A stretch of DNA of 64,000 nt from Rhina ancylostomus (taxonomy: Eukaryota), in contig JARFYF010000036.1 in the NCBI GenBank assembly GCA_030265395.1, forward strand, positions 21,065,555-21,129,554, written 5' to 3'. The notes beneath the pieces were generated by a model. It was not told the DNA's origin, ran no database searches, and saw only the letters and a list, made by a program, of their open reading frames with translations. Shown in pieces: positions 37,401 through 52,400 of the stretch. Numbering within the stretch: the stretch's first letter is position 1; each line of letters starts with the position of its first letter. The position numbers and the translations under genes are program-made.

Positions 37401-40400
37401 TCTTTCTTGCACCATTGTCAGGGGAGGTGGGTTATTAACAAGAATATAACTCACTGTAAACAATCAGGAACACAGCTTGATGCACTGAATAATCAACAAT
37501 ATACAAAATGGTAATTTCTATTGGTTCCAAGAATACAAAACATTTTGGCAGCAGTATGAATCAGCCACTTTATTTGTAGTACAATTCTTTAGCTTGGTCT
37601 TGTATATAACATTATGAAAGTCTTAACATTTATTTTTTTCCTTCTTTGTACCGTAAAATGGCATCATTTCAACTTTTTTCCCCCAAAGTTCTACTTTCTC
37701 ATGTTTATTTTAAACTTGTGAATGACAGCCACATTCTGCTTATCCACAGTAAAAGCACAAAAGAAAATGCTTACTTCGCTTGGAGAAAAGTTTCTGTTTC
37801 TGTCGCACAGCTGGGCTCATTTTGTACCCGTTTTGCTCACAATCGCAGTCTCGTCCATCGGCATCAAAGTACTTGGACTGGAATCGGCCAGATCCCTTCT
37901 TGTCAGTGGCTGCAGCGACAGCTACTCTTTTGCATTTATGAAGTCGAAGCTTTCCTGTGACATCCTCTACACACTGCCATTTCTAGAAATAATAACCACT
38001 TTGTGAAAGCCAAAGGCAATAAGGCTGCACAGCTTATTCTTCAGGAATATTCCCTTAAGTCAATGAACTGGAATACCCAGGGATGAATCAAAAATCATAT
38101 AAGGTTTCCTGCTTGTGATTTGTCATCATCAAACCTTGCTCAGAGTAAGTGATTCTAAGATTCTCCATGGTTACATAGCTTCTTAGTAATCACTGTCTGG
38201 GTGTTCCCACGAAGAATATAATGACGAGACTTATGATCCAAAGACTGCTGGGCCTATAGAATAGCATAAGTAACAATCCTCAGGGAAGCGAGGGGGAAAA
38301 TAAATGGGAGGGGTGGTAGCTACATGTACAAGGGGGGTTTTCACATTATAAATGAAGCAAATACATTAAGACTGAAGCTACTCCATACTGCCAACATACA
38401 CTGGCCTGTAGCCAATCAGTCAGCAATGTTGCTAATTAAGTGGCAGTGAGCAACATCAAGGGTAATTAAGTCAGCTGTCCAACCAACCTTCTCCCATCCC
38501 CCAAAGAAAACCACCAACAAGCAGGGAATAAAGAACTGAAAATAAAAACAGAAAATCAAAAATGTTAGCCCATTTATTTTCTTGTAACCTTCTCTCTCAC
38601 CCATGCCCATCAACATCATTTACTGACAATAGAGATAATCTGCAGTAGATAATTAAACTACCAACCAGCACAATCTTTGTGGTGTGGAAAGAAACCAGAA
38701 TACCCAGGGAAGTCCATGCAATCACAGGGAGCACTTAAACTCCACACTGACAGCACCAGAGGTCGGGATTAAACCCAAGTTACTGTAGCTATGAGGCAGC
38801 TCACCACCTACTGTGCCATCTTGTAAGAAAACTCCTTTATGTCACATTTTGTTCTTTTACCAATTATCTTCACTCTCTGAGCCCTGCGTGTCACCTGGAT
38901 CCACGACAACTGCCATAATGCATTCATCCCGTGGCAGTCCATTCTTGTCTCTTTGAGTCTCCAAACATTGTCTCGTGTGCTGTGTTACTACAGCTGTCTG
39001 TGCTTTTAATTGCATTGATAGATTGCTGAACAGCCAAGTGATGAGGTACAGGAGAGATCTGCGCCTAATGCAATGAACCAAACCAATGCCCAAGGTTTTG
39101 TTTGCACGTCTTGCAGATTTGATGCTTTCAGAGATGTTGCCCCTTGTAAAACCTCTGTTCAAACTACCAATGATATGAGTACTCAATACCTCTTTCTGAG
39201 AAACTGCTTCTATGCCTTGTATAGAGCTGAATTCACCAGAATAACTCCAGAGTTGGTAAAGTATAATTATAAGCAGAGACATGAAGAACTGGGATTATTT
39301 CCACCAGATTACAGAATACTTCAAATTTATAAATAGTTTTAATAAAGGAAAGAGAAAACAGCTATTTCCACAGGTTGGGAAGTTATTGTTGTGAAATTTA
39401 ATGGAGATGCAGAAAAAGATGATACATTATTTGTGCAAAATTAAGTTATTTATTTGGTTCTGCACTAGTTTATAGGTACTAAGTTTGCTTGCACAGACTG
39501 ATGACCAATGTTATGCAAGTGACAGGAAATGGGACCAATGCAGCACATGTTACGATTACAAACTACAAGTAAGATAAGGCCATTCATTTGGTGTCACAGA
39601 AAGGTCTTGGATTTATGTAGTAGTGTTACTGTCTTCAGGGAGAATGGAATATGAAGCCAACATTTTTGCACAGTGGAGCTTAAAGCATCACCAATCAGAC
39701 ATTGCAGAAATGAATTATTGAATCACGCTCCTATCGGAGTTCATGGACACTTTGCACAACTTTGTTACTTTTACTTCTAATACCTTAATCATTCTTACCT
39801 TTTTTAAAAAAATTCAATGTTTCAGTTCAATACTTTTAACACTTTAATGTTCACATTTGTCTTATGGAGCTAATCCATAACTATATTTGTGCTTTGATTC
39901 CTGTTTCTCATTAGCTCCTGCCTTTTGAACTACCTCCTTCAACTCATTAGCCTTCTTCAGGGCTGATCTCTTCTGACAAAAGTTTGACTGTAGTGTTGCA
40001 TTTTAGAATCAGTCAGTAAATCTGACTATTTCAATTTGTTGCCTCATTTCTCTCCAAATCTGGAGACTGAAAAATATTGGCATGAATTGAATGCTGTTTA
40101 CCAGATTCACAAGAGGTGAAATGTCATCACTGCAGATGCAATGCAACAGCATAGTTCTCCTTTCAGTTCACATGATGACACTTATTCAGAATTGCACATA
40201 TTTCAAATCCATGTCATTCAATGAAACAAAGTTAACATTTTGCTGGTAGAAATAATGCAATTAGGCAGGTAGATATCATTTAGGGAATTATTTACATAGC
40301 AGCATTTCTTACAACTCCTCCTTGATCAATTGACTAATCCAATAAAATGGTTCAATAAATGACCATGAATCATCTTAGGTATTTAAAAATATTTTTGGAA

Positions 40401-43400
40401 CTGAAAACTAAGAGGATATGAATCCTGGATTTTTTTTTCTTAAGAATTCTGATAGCAACTGAAACTTGTGTTTCACAGGATAATGGAATTGATTCAGTGA
40501 GGGACATAGGAAATGGTGAATTAATTGTGACTAAAATAAAGTAATTTGAAATAAAAACAGAAAATACTGGAAACACGCATCTGTGGAAGGAGAAACAGAA
40601 TTAACGTTTCAGGTCCAAGACCCTTTGTTACAAGTAATTTGGTTTTGATTGCTTCCAGTAAAGATGTAGATAAATCCACATAGGTAGGACTAAACTATAT
40701 AAAGAAAATTACAATTCTGTAATCTGAAAACCACCTTGATTGGTGACTGACAATGAGTTTATTGCTTCAGTTGAAGGTTTATGCACAAGAAAAGATGGCA
40801 AATATGGAATGGAAAGTAAATTCTTGCCGCGAATGCAAATAGAAAATCAATTATTATTGGCTTAATATATCTTAAATATTCACAAATGAAAGCAATGCTA
40901 GAAATTCCAGTATTAATAATTAACTACTGTGCTTCATTTCAATGAAATTCAGGCCTAAGAGGCTTATCAATATTGAAGGAAAAATCTTTAACAACAGATC
41001 AGACAAACTGTATTGGTGAAGAATACATAATATGTGCTTGATAATAAGACCATAAGACTAGGAGCAGAATTAGGCCATTTGGCCTATCAAGTCACTCCAC
41101 CATTCAATTATGGCTGATTTATTATTCCCTTTCAACCCAATTCTCCTGCCTTTTCCCTGTAACCTTTGATGCCCTTACTAATCAAGAACATGTCAACGTC
41201 CTCTTTAAATATACCCAATGACTTGGCCTCCACACCTGTCTTTGGCAATGAATTCCACAGAGTCACCACACTCTGGCTAAAGAAATTCCTCTTCACTTCT
41301 GTTCTAAAGGGACATCTTTCTATTCTGAACCTGTGTCCTCTGATCTTGGACTCTCCCACTCCTGGAAGCATCCTGTCGACGTCAACTCTATCCAGGCCTT
41401 TCAATATCCAGTAGTTTCAATGAGATCCCCCCTCATCCTTCTAAACTCCAGCGAGTACAGGCCCAGAGCCATCAAACACTCCTCATACGTTAACCTTTCA
41501 CCCCCGGGATCATTCTCGTAAACCTCCTCTGGACCCGCTCCAACACCAGCACATCCTTCCTTCGATATTGGGCCCAAATCTGCTCACAATACTCCAAACG
41601 TGGTCTGGCCAACGCCTTATAAAGCCTCAGCATTCCATCCTTGCTTTTATATTCTAGCCCTCTGGAAATGAATGCTAACATTGCATTTGCCTTCCTTCCT
41701 ACCGACTCAACCTGCAAGTTAACCTTTAGGGAATCCTGCACTGGGACTCCCAAGTTCCTTTGCACCTCCGATTTCTGAGTTCACTCTCCGATGCCAGTGC
41801 AGAGACCTCGTTGTCAGGGTACTGTGTGAGCTGGAACTGTTTCAGGNNNNNNNNNNNNNNNNNNNNNNNNNNNNNNNNNNNNNNNNNNNNNNNNNNNNNN
41901 NNNNNNNNNNNNNNNNNNNNNNNNNNNNNNNNNNNNNNNNNNNNNNGGGGCCCAAAACTGCTCACAATACTCCATCTGTGGTCTGACCAATGCCTAATAA
42001 ACCCTCAGCATTACATCCTTGCTTTTATATTCTAGTCCTCTCAAAATGAATGCTAACATTGCATTTGCTTTTCTTACTACCGACTCAACCTGCAAGCTAA
42101 CCTTCAGGGAATCTTGCACTAGAACTCCTAAGTCCCTTTGCACCTCTGATTTCTGAATTTGCTCCTAGTTTAGACAATAGTCTATGCCTTTATTCCTTCT
42201 ACCAAAGTGTATGACCATACGCTTCCCTGCGCTGTATTCCATCTGCCACTTTTTTATCCATTCTACCAATCTGTCCAAGTCCTTCTTCAGACTCTGTGCT
42301 TCCTCAGCACAAGCTGCCCCTGCACCTATCTTTGTATCATCCACAAACATAGCCACAAAGCCATCAAATCTGTCATCTAGATCATTAACATAAAGCATGA
42401 AAAGTTGCAGACCCAGCACCGACCTCTGCAGAACACTACTAGTCACCAGCAGCCAACCAGAAAAGGCCCACTTTATTCCCATTCTTTGCCTTCTGCCAGT
42501 AGGCCAATCTAGTACCTTTTCTGTAATACCATGGGTTCCCATCTTATTTTGCAGTCTCATGTGCAGCACCTTGTCAAAGGCCTTCTGAAAATCCAAGTAA
42601 CCAACATCCACTGGCTCTCCTTTGTCTATCCTGCCTGTTAATTCCTCAAAGAATTCCAACAGATTTGTCAGGCAAGATGTCCCCTTAAGGAAACCATGCT
42701 GACTTCAGCCTATTTTATCATGAGCTTCCAAGTACCCTGAAACCTCATTCTTAATAATAGACTCTAACATCTTACCAACCACTGAAGTCAGGCTAACTGG
42801 CCTATAATTTCCTGTCTTTTGCCTCTTTCCTTCTTAAAGAATGGAGTGACAGCTGCTATTTTCCAGTCCTCTGGAACCATTACTGAATGTAGTGATTCTT
42901 GAAAGATCAGTACTAATGCCTCAGCAATCTCTTCAGCTACCTCTTTCAGAACCCTGGGGTGCAGTCCATCTGGTCCAGGTGACTTATCCACTTTCAGACC
43001 TTTCAACTTTCCAAGCACTTTCTCATTAGTAATAGCAACTACACTCACTTATGCCCCCTGACTCTCGAATTTCTGGCATGATGCTGGTATCTTCCACAGT
43101 GAAGACTGATGCACAATACCTATTCAGTTCGTCCGCTATTTCTTTGTTCCCCATTACTACCTCTTCAGCGTAATTTTCCAGCAGTCCGATGTCCACTCTT
43201 GCTTCTCTTTTACTCTTTATATATCTGAAAAACCTTTCGGTAACCTCTTTTATATTATTAGCTAACTTGCCTTCATATTTCATCTTTTCTCCTCATATTG
43301 CTTTTTTAACTGCCTTCTGTTGGTTTTTGAAAGCTTCCCATTAATTTCTGCAATATTGTATGCCCTCTTACTTTTATGCTGTCTTTGACTTCCCTTGTCA

Positions 43401-46400
43401 GTCACAGTTGCCTCACCCTGCCTTTAGAATGCTGCTGCTTCTTTGGGATGAACTGATCCTACTTCTTCTGAATTACTCCTAGAAACTCCTGCCATTGCTT
43501 CTCTATCATCATCTCTGCTGTATTCCTCTTCCAGTCAGCTTTGGCCAACTGCTCTCTCATGCCTCTGGAGTTACCTTTACTCAACTGTAATACCAATACA
43601 TCTGATTTTGGCTTCTCCCTCTCAAACCGTAAGATGAATTCCATCATATTATGATCACTGCCTCCATAAAGTTCCTTTACTTTAAGCTCCCTGATCAAAC
43701 ATGTTTCATTGCACAAAACCAAATCCAGAATTGCCTTTTCTCTAGTGGGTTCAACCACAAGCTGCTCTAAAAAGCCATCCCGAAGGCACTCTACAAATTT
43801 CTTTTCTTGGGTTCCAGTACCAACCTGGTTTTCCCAATCTTCCTGCATAGTGAAATCCCCCATGACCACTGTAACATTGCCCTTTTTACATTTTTCTATC
43901 TTCTGTTGTAATTTGTACCCCACATCCCGGCTACTATTCAGAGGCCTGTATATAACTCCCAACTGGGTCTTTTTACCCTTGCAGTTTCGAACAAGGATTT
44001 TATATCTTCTGATCCTACGTCACTTCTTTCTAAGGATTTGATTTCATTTTCTTACCAACAGAGCCACCCCACCCACCTGCCTGTCTTTTCATAAATATTT
44101 GGGATGCTGGTTCAAGAGAGGCAGAAACTGAGCATGTGAGTACACCACTGAGAGAAGCTTTCAGAATAGATGTCCGGAGGCTGTCATAGAGTTACATGGC
44201 ACTTCGACCCAACTCATCCATGTTGACCAAGTTGCCTACCTGAACTAGTCCCATTTGCCTGTGTTAGGCCCATATCCCTCTGAACCTTTTCTATCCATGT
44301 ACACAGGATCATCCATGAACACTGAGGCAGGCACAAGGGGCTTCAAAGCTTTGTGTTCATTATACAAAATAATTGCAAAACTGATATACATTTGAGACTT
44401 GTATTAATGGATTAAAGAGAGGGGAGAAAGGTGGGGAATGTAGGATTTGAAGAAGGAAACAGCAGAACCCAGATCCTAGACAACTAAAATGGGGTCACAA
44501 AGCAGAAAGTGGTCTTAATGGATGAGGTGACCTCCAATAAGATTTTGAATTTCTCCATAGTTTCCAATAATCATGTGCTGAAGATCAGAAAGGGATCAGC
44601 AGAAGTCCAGGTAATCGCCTCCACATCAGTTACAAAGAATTTTGCATGTTAAAGATGAAGGTGATGATTGCAGGTAATGGAGGGAATCGGTAGTGAAGGG
44701 AAACCAACTGATAGTTTTGCTTTCCAAGCTGATTGTAGATTAATCAGCAGTTTAAATAGAGGAAGGACATGATATAGGCCCAGTCTTGAATTTTGCAAAG
44801 TTAAAATAGTTGTGCACCAGAATTGCCATTTTTTCAGATCTTTTCTTTGGCTAGTTTCAGGATTACTCTAAAATCTCTGCTGCAAAAGGCCTTGGAAACT
44901 TTGGTCAGTAATTAGTTCTGGAAATGTTCCTGTAATGCCATTGTACTTTCATGGGTAAGCCTCACCTCTGTGTGCAGACAGAGTTCCACTGTACCTCCAG
45001 TGACGTTACTATCACTGATAGGGCAGGAGAGTTTATAATGCATTTCCTGACCTTTACCTTGCTGTGAAACTTGCCTGAAATTAGAATTTGTGGTACAGCT
45101 TTTATACTCTGAAACTTAACTGGCCTCTAACAGAAATATATTGACCTTTTTTTTCTTATGTCTCTGAGTTACCGTTCCTTACTTACATTGTCATTGTCAA
45201 TTAATGCTACTCATATTCCTTCTATCACATAGCACCCAAACTGCACAGAGTGAAATTGTTCCACTGAATATATAGATAAAATTCAGAAGCCATAATTATG
45301 GCCCACTGTGTAAATTGTCAGCAATGGATGCTTATAATAAGTTTCACAAAGATGGTGAAAATGCTGAATAGTCTCTGCTGTGGTATTTGGGCTCCTTGCC
45401 TTCATGATCTGTCTCTCCCCCAGCCTACCCTCCTTTCCTTCGGAGTGATCAGCCTAATTCAAGTGATCTACCATGAAGCCTCCATTATAGCAAGCAGCTT
45501 TGCTAGCCCTGTTTAATTGAGGCACAAACCTTGATATCCTTAATAAGAGCTGGTACACCTCAAGTTGCCTTTCATTCAGCCAAAGGATAAAATATACTGA
45601 GTCTATTAATAATAATAGTAATTTATGAATTTAAATAAACTTATGCCTAATGTTATACTTACATGTGCATATACAATGGATTGTGAATTATAAATTATTC
45701 TTTGCAACAACACAGAATGTTCAAATTGTGCTTAAAAACTTTTACAAAGGAATGGTTGACAATTTGACACTGAAAATATAGAAAAGAGAAAAAATGGTTG
45801 TGTTTTTACCATTTGAAGAGGGTTTTTAGCATATTGCAACTCAGAGATTTTAGTGATTTTTATATCTGCTGTATCTTAAGCTGACAGGTCTGAAGAATTC
45901 TTATTTTGGATTCACGATAAGCATTTATTGTGCAAATCTTCCTCGTGCATTTAAAGAGCAATCAATAGTTCTTCAAATGTATTGATTCTGCCTGTACATA
46001 AGTACTCTTGCTTTGAGTTATACAGAATGGGCAGGTTTGTCTTGCAGTCTGCACTGAATCATCTGGTCTTGATGGAACAGTATGCAGGTAAAATACTGCC
46101 AGAACATTGATCCTTGACGATAACAAAAACAGCTATGAACAAAGCCAACAGAGATTCAATAATTCCTGCTTTAAAGGTCAGAATATCAGAAGGTCAGCAG
46201 TGTGGATGTTCAGTGATGATTGCACAATGTTCAATTCTATTTGCAAAGCCTTGCAAATGAAGCACTTGTCACTTGCATGCAGCAAGACCTGGGAAACATT
46301 GAGGCATGGGCTTATAAATGCCAAGTAACATTNNNNNNNNNNNNNNNNNNNNNNNNNNNNNNNNNNNNNNNNNNNNNNNNNNNNNNNNNNNNNNNNNNNN

Positions 46401-49400
46401 NNNNNNNNNNNNNNNNNNNNNNNNNNNNNNNNNNNNNNNNNNNNNNNNNNNNNNNNNNNNNNNNNNNNNNNNNNNNNNNNNNNNNNNNNNNNNNNNNNNN
46501 NNNNNNNNNNNNNNNNNNNNNNNNNNNNNNNNAAGGTCCCTCACTCAACATTCTGCAGAGCAGTATTGACCAAAAAAATCTATAATGAAATATCGCATCC
46601 ACTACCTTAAATATTGCTTCCCTCTGCACAGTGGCTGCAGCTTTTGCAGTCTACAAAATGCACTGCAATTACTCTCCTCCCAAATACCCCAGCCTCTACC
46701 ACTAACAAAGATAAGGGCTTCATGCACATGGAAACACCATCACCTCAATGTTGTCCTCCAAGCTGCACAATATCTTGATTAGGAAGTACATCCTTGTTCC
46801 TTCACTGTTGATGGTTTAAATGCTGAAACTCCCTCCCAGCAGATATTGTGGGAGAATCTTCAACTGACACACTGTAGTGGTTCAAGAAAGCAGCTCACCA
46901 TCACCTTCTCAAGAGCAATCGGGGTTGCATCAGAAATGCTGGCCTTGCCATCAATGCCCAGATCCCCCAATCCCAAGAGAAGAATATACTTTTTTACAAA
47001 AATGTAGGTATTGTTTGAGAAGAACAATTATATTCTGCAATATATTCAGAGATAAAGGGCCTGGCTCTGTTATCTGTCTGAATGGTGCTGAATAATAACT
47101 TTTGCACTGCGGTGAACTTGCATTCCACTGAGTTCAAACCAAATCCAGTCAGATTAAATGAGGTGGCCCTCATTCAACCTGCCAGTTGTTAATGGTGTTC
47201 GATGAGATAAACCAAGGCAGGTTCAATCCAGCCTAAACCAGAAGATTGTCCTCAAATTTTTTACTATGTGACTGAGTACAGTTTAATCTTCAGATTTTCT
47301 GTCTGTTATTCAATATTCGTAAATCCTAAGTACTGGACTGAAATCAAATTCCACATTCTAAAGCAATCAGTGTAAATTGACAAAATAAAATAGGTCATAT
47401 TAGAAGTAAACTCTAAGTTCTAATGCATGTATTCTTGCACACAATTCCATATTTTAAATCTTGGTGTAATACCTACCTGAAAATACTAAGTCTTTCTCGG
47501 GTCACTACCATTTTTCTCTTTTCCTTGCTGTCCAATCCTCTGCCTTTTGATCCTGTTTCCATATCCTACCCACATTCCAAATGGAGCCATAGAAATCATG
47601 TATTATCAGCCTTTCATTTGAAATTCACATAATCATGGTAATTGAGGTATAATTACATAAGTTCCTGAATTACAGAAATAATCAAGAGCTCTGGGATTTG
47701 CTTTGAAGAAACTTGCTTCTATGATTAGGTTTACTAATTTATTCTGCAGTTCACAAGCTTCAGTGCTGGAATGTTCTTACCTGACCAAGTTGCTCACAAG
47801 GTGTCTGGTATTCTGCCTTCTGGCAAAGATCTTTTACTCTTTCATATTTGGGTAGGAAATTTTCTTCCTGAGTGTTTTTAGTTTCGTCTCTTTTGTGGAG
47901 TAGTTTACTAATAAAACAAAAACACTGCTCTGTTAGTACTTGTTTTAACCAAACAGCTCTTATGCAACTTTTGTTAAAGAAATATACACATCATACCCTC
48001 TTTCCACAAGAAATGAATCCCGCCAAACCTTGGTTTTCTTGTTTGAATTGAACCTGAAAATAGCATGATTACATTAGTAAACTGAATACATCTAACAGTG
48101 TCAGTGAAATCTGTGTAATGTTCATTCCTGTTTTTAGACCAGTTTGGTCTGAACAATCAAAGAAGAGTGTTGATTTCAAAAGGAATCTGGTTCAGTGACA
48201 ATTCTGTTATCGCTGATTGGATTTAGTTTATTGACAATTATAGAACAATTAGCATTACCATAGATAAAAAGGGTACCTGGATGTAAGAACACCTTTTGTA
48301 TTGTACTAGTATAGAAAAATATGCTCTATTCTTTTGATCCACATGATATGGTTACATTGTACTCTATCCATACCATGCCATTACACTATTTATTTCACAT
48401 TTGAAGCATGTGTTACTATTAATGCTTGTAGACATAGTAGAAATCAGCCTAAGCATTTGTCATGCAAATTAGATAAGACCATTTCTGAGGTGGAATAATT
48501 ATAAATTCCTTACAGTTAATGGCTTTGAAAATATAGAACTAATAGATCAATGAAGCAGCAAACTATTTCCTGGAATATTACATTTCATGTAATTTAGTGT
48601 CTGGAATAAATAGAGGTGCATGAACCATCAGTCCCATGTTGGAACTTGGCCTTTATCTATAACGCCCATCTAACTACATAAGAAACAGAAGTTGGAGAAC
48701 ACCATTCAACTGTTCATGCTTGTTCTGCGTTCAAAAGAACATGGTTAATCTTCTACCATCGCACAGTTTCCCGCACTAACTCCATATCCTTTGATTTCCT
48801 TAAGATGTAGAAATCTATCAATTGGTGTCTTTAAAATACTGAATAACTGAGCATCCACAGCCTTCTTAGGCAGAGAATTCCAGACTTGCCACACTCTGAG
48901 TGGAAAAAAAAATTCTCCTCATCTTCAACCCTTATCATAGACAGCCTTTTATCTTAAAGCTGTGACTCTGATACTGGGTACCCCAGTCAGGAGAAACAGC
49001 AATTCTGCATCTACCTTGTCAAGCCCCACTTGGAATTTGAACGCTTTCATCAGATCACCTGTCATTCTTTCAAACTCAAAAGAATAGAGGTCCAGCTTGT
49101 TTAATCTCTCCCCATACGACAAACCTCCATCTCAAGAATCGATTTGATGATCCTTTGCTGAACTCCCTCTGTTGCAAGTATATCCTTCCTTGGTTATGGA
49201 GACTGGACCTGTACACAGTATTGTAGAAGCAGTCTCACCAGGGCTTTATAACAACTTGAGCATGTGTCTTATTATTGAACTCCAATCCTCTATTCCTGTA
49301 TTCTGTTACTGGAGTTCCAATTGCAGCAGTCATTGTATGTAATATGAATCAGTAACTCAAAAGAACAGGAAAATGTTATCACCCTTGGTAAATTAACCAA

Positions 49401-52400
49401 TACTGTTGTCTCTTTTCAGAAAGTTGATATGGAGAAAAATGGAGGATAATCACATACAATCTGTGCTCTCCTGCTAATTACCCATCCCTTAAAGAAGCAG
49501 CCCAATTTTCTGTCTCATTAATTTTAATACAGGTGAAAATTGTGCTGTGTTAATACCTGCAGCTAATTTGTAATTCAGATTTCAAACACTTCCATTCTCC
49601 TTTCTTACTGTGTTAAACGTGCAGGGTGGTGGTCTACATAATTCCACCAGCAACAGGCTACCCTTCTGTGATATCTATCAACCCTTCCAGCAGGTTGAAC
49701 AATATTAGTAACAGTTGTGTAAACTAGCTTCAGAAGATAAAATTGAAAGTGCCTACAATTACTCAAAAATGTATATAACAATTATTATTCCTCTGGTTGC
49801 AGTTTTCATTATTTTTTTCTAGCTGATTAAATATTTGTCTGTTATCAATAAATTCCATGTAGCCTGAGGGTTTTTGTAAAACCCAAAGGCATATTTTTGA
49901 TCTTTCCATGACAAAATGCACTTAATAGTACCATAGGAATAATGAAAAGGTCCTGCAAAAACTACCTCCATGCATCTTATGAATTTTAATCAATTCATTT
50001 ATTAGAACAATGGCTTAAATGGTAAACAAGCATAGTCATAGGAAATGATTGCAAAAGATCCATTAAAAATGTCAGAAACCTAGATGATAAAACACAAATT
50101 TGACTTATTTAGTAACAGTAAAACAGGGTGCTCTTACCTGTTGACAGGTTTCTCAGTGTCTAGCAGCTTCAGAATGGATTTGCCATCCATGTCAGCTGGA
50201 ATATCCAGGCCTGCAATGTCTAAAATTGTTGGTGCAAGGTCTATGTTTAAAACGAGTTGAGGAATGCTGGCAATAAATTAAAAAGGTGATTATTTTATGG
50301 AATTCTGCATTGATCCCTGGACTCTGGCACACAGAAGATGCTGAATAATCTGCTTTACTAACCAGAGTTGCTGATGGCAGTCATGGGATTAACCATGAAG
50401 TTCTCAAAGCATTACTAAACTTGTAACCTGCACTCCCCTCATTCAAAACCACAATGAGACTGGACGATCACAGAGTCATGCAACATAGAAACCGATCCTT
50501 CATCCTTCATGCTTCCATCAAGCACCCATTTACATTAATCCTGTTTTCTTCTTCCCGCATTTCCATCAATTCTCCCAGATTCTATCACTCACCCACAAAC
50601 TAGGGTCAATCGACAGTAGTCAATTAAACTACCAACCCATGTAGCTTAAGGATGTGAAAGGAAACCAGGGCACTCAGAAGAAACCCAGCCACAAGGACAA
50701 CATACAAATGCTACATGGTCAATACTGGAGATTGGGATCAAACCCAGGTCACTGGAGCTGTGAGGGAGTTTCTGCAACATTCTGCCATCCCTATGAAAAC
50801 TATGCATGTTTGCAGATCACCAGTAAACTCTTAATTACTTCTAATTAATCATGTCGGAAAAGGTTTGAGGCAGAACTCTCCCTTTGATTTAATAATTATT
50901 TTTTGACTCCTGTTTGGAACATTGGAACATTCATGTATCAGTCAGTTTCACTTATATTTTATAAACTTAATTCAATTCTGTGACTCAGGTCATGAACAGC
51001 ACGACCAGTGAATAACTAGGTTACAGGATATTGTTCCACAATATAGCCCTGCTCTTTCCACTCTGCCTGTCAAAACCTGCTTTTGCAGATGCTGACTGCA
51101 AACCGGCTTTATTGTTGTGTAGTTTTCAGACTGGGTGTATCAGTGGATTACTTGGCCCTGCCAGGCAGAGGCTGATCTTGGCTGTGCAAGCTTCAATTCA
51201 GGGCCACTAGAGAGCAGAAACTTATTTTCTCTCCTTAACACAAGAACATCTGAAGCACTTTTACCACATGCTTTACAAGATCAATTGATTGGGAGTAAAA
51301 CTGGAACCTTCATGGTTCATGTCAATCAGTTGCAGAGTCTCTTGGGAGGATCATAATGCCACTAAAATGAGCTAAAATCATTATAATCAACATTAACATC
51401 CTGCCTTTACTCACCAGCCATAATTTACTTTTCCTCAACAATCTACAGTAGTGAGGTCACAAAAACTAACATACTCTGAATCATGCATGTGACTTTGATT
51501 ATGTTGCTATTAACTTAGATTCCTGTATGATCTTTTCAAGTCTGAGAGAAATGTTCTACTAGGATTTACAAATGAAGACAATCCTTAATCCTCATATCAT
51601 CAACTGAGTAACTTTCCAAATTTATTATCACAGTTCCCCATTTCTACTTTTGTTAAAAGATAGAAATGCCACATTACATTAATAGGACATAATGCTTAAT
51701 AGTAAACAGAAGCAGCTAAAAATCTTAAAAACAGATTATCTAAGTTCGAAGTGGAGGAATATCTACTTCATTCTCTATGTTTGTGGTATTTTGCAACTAA
51801 AAAAAACCTTAAAATTTTTATATATTGCAATTTCAATCTTCCTGAAGCATAAGAACAGGGGAAAAGCTGATTATATTTGTAATTTACATTCATGAAAAAT
51901 ACTGTAATCATTATAATTAGCAAAATATTTCAATTCAATTTAACCATATTCAATCAAATTTAAATGATTATTTAAGTCACATTTATTTTGTGTCATGTGA
52001 CACAAAAACAAAGGTTCCATGCTGGTAAAGCCTTAATTGTACACAAAATGCTTCATGTGTGATTAATTAGTAACTTGGTGACTTATCTTCTATTCAAATG
52101 TCACTGTATTGTCCTTTTCTAATAAGATAAAGAGTAGGAGAACTGGTGGTGGAGATTGTGGAAAGTCACTCACCCTAACTGTATGAGAATTAAATATTTC
52201 CTTCTGTAATTACTGCGGCAAACAAACATGTTCTGACATGAAAGCAAGAACTTCCCTCCAGATCACATAAAACCAGTGGCAGCATAAATGAAGATCACAT
52301 GCCCAGTTAAGAGTTACTCAGATGCATTGAGACAAACACATCAATATTCTGCTAAGGTAAATGAAAAATAGTTTGGTAATATTATCTTAATCTCCATGTT

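Noticed and set aside
38857-39336. Overlapping 141-aa and 87-aa intronic ORFs
   Set aside because: No homology recognised, and the SULF2 frame is complete without an exon here.
41045-44090. Active autonomous CR1
   Set aside because: Multiple frameshifts and stops, 5' truncation within the endonuclease, and no ORF1.
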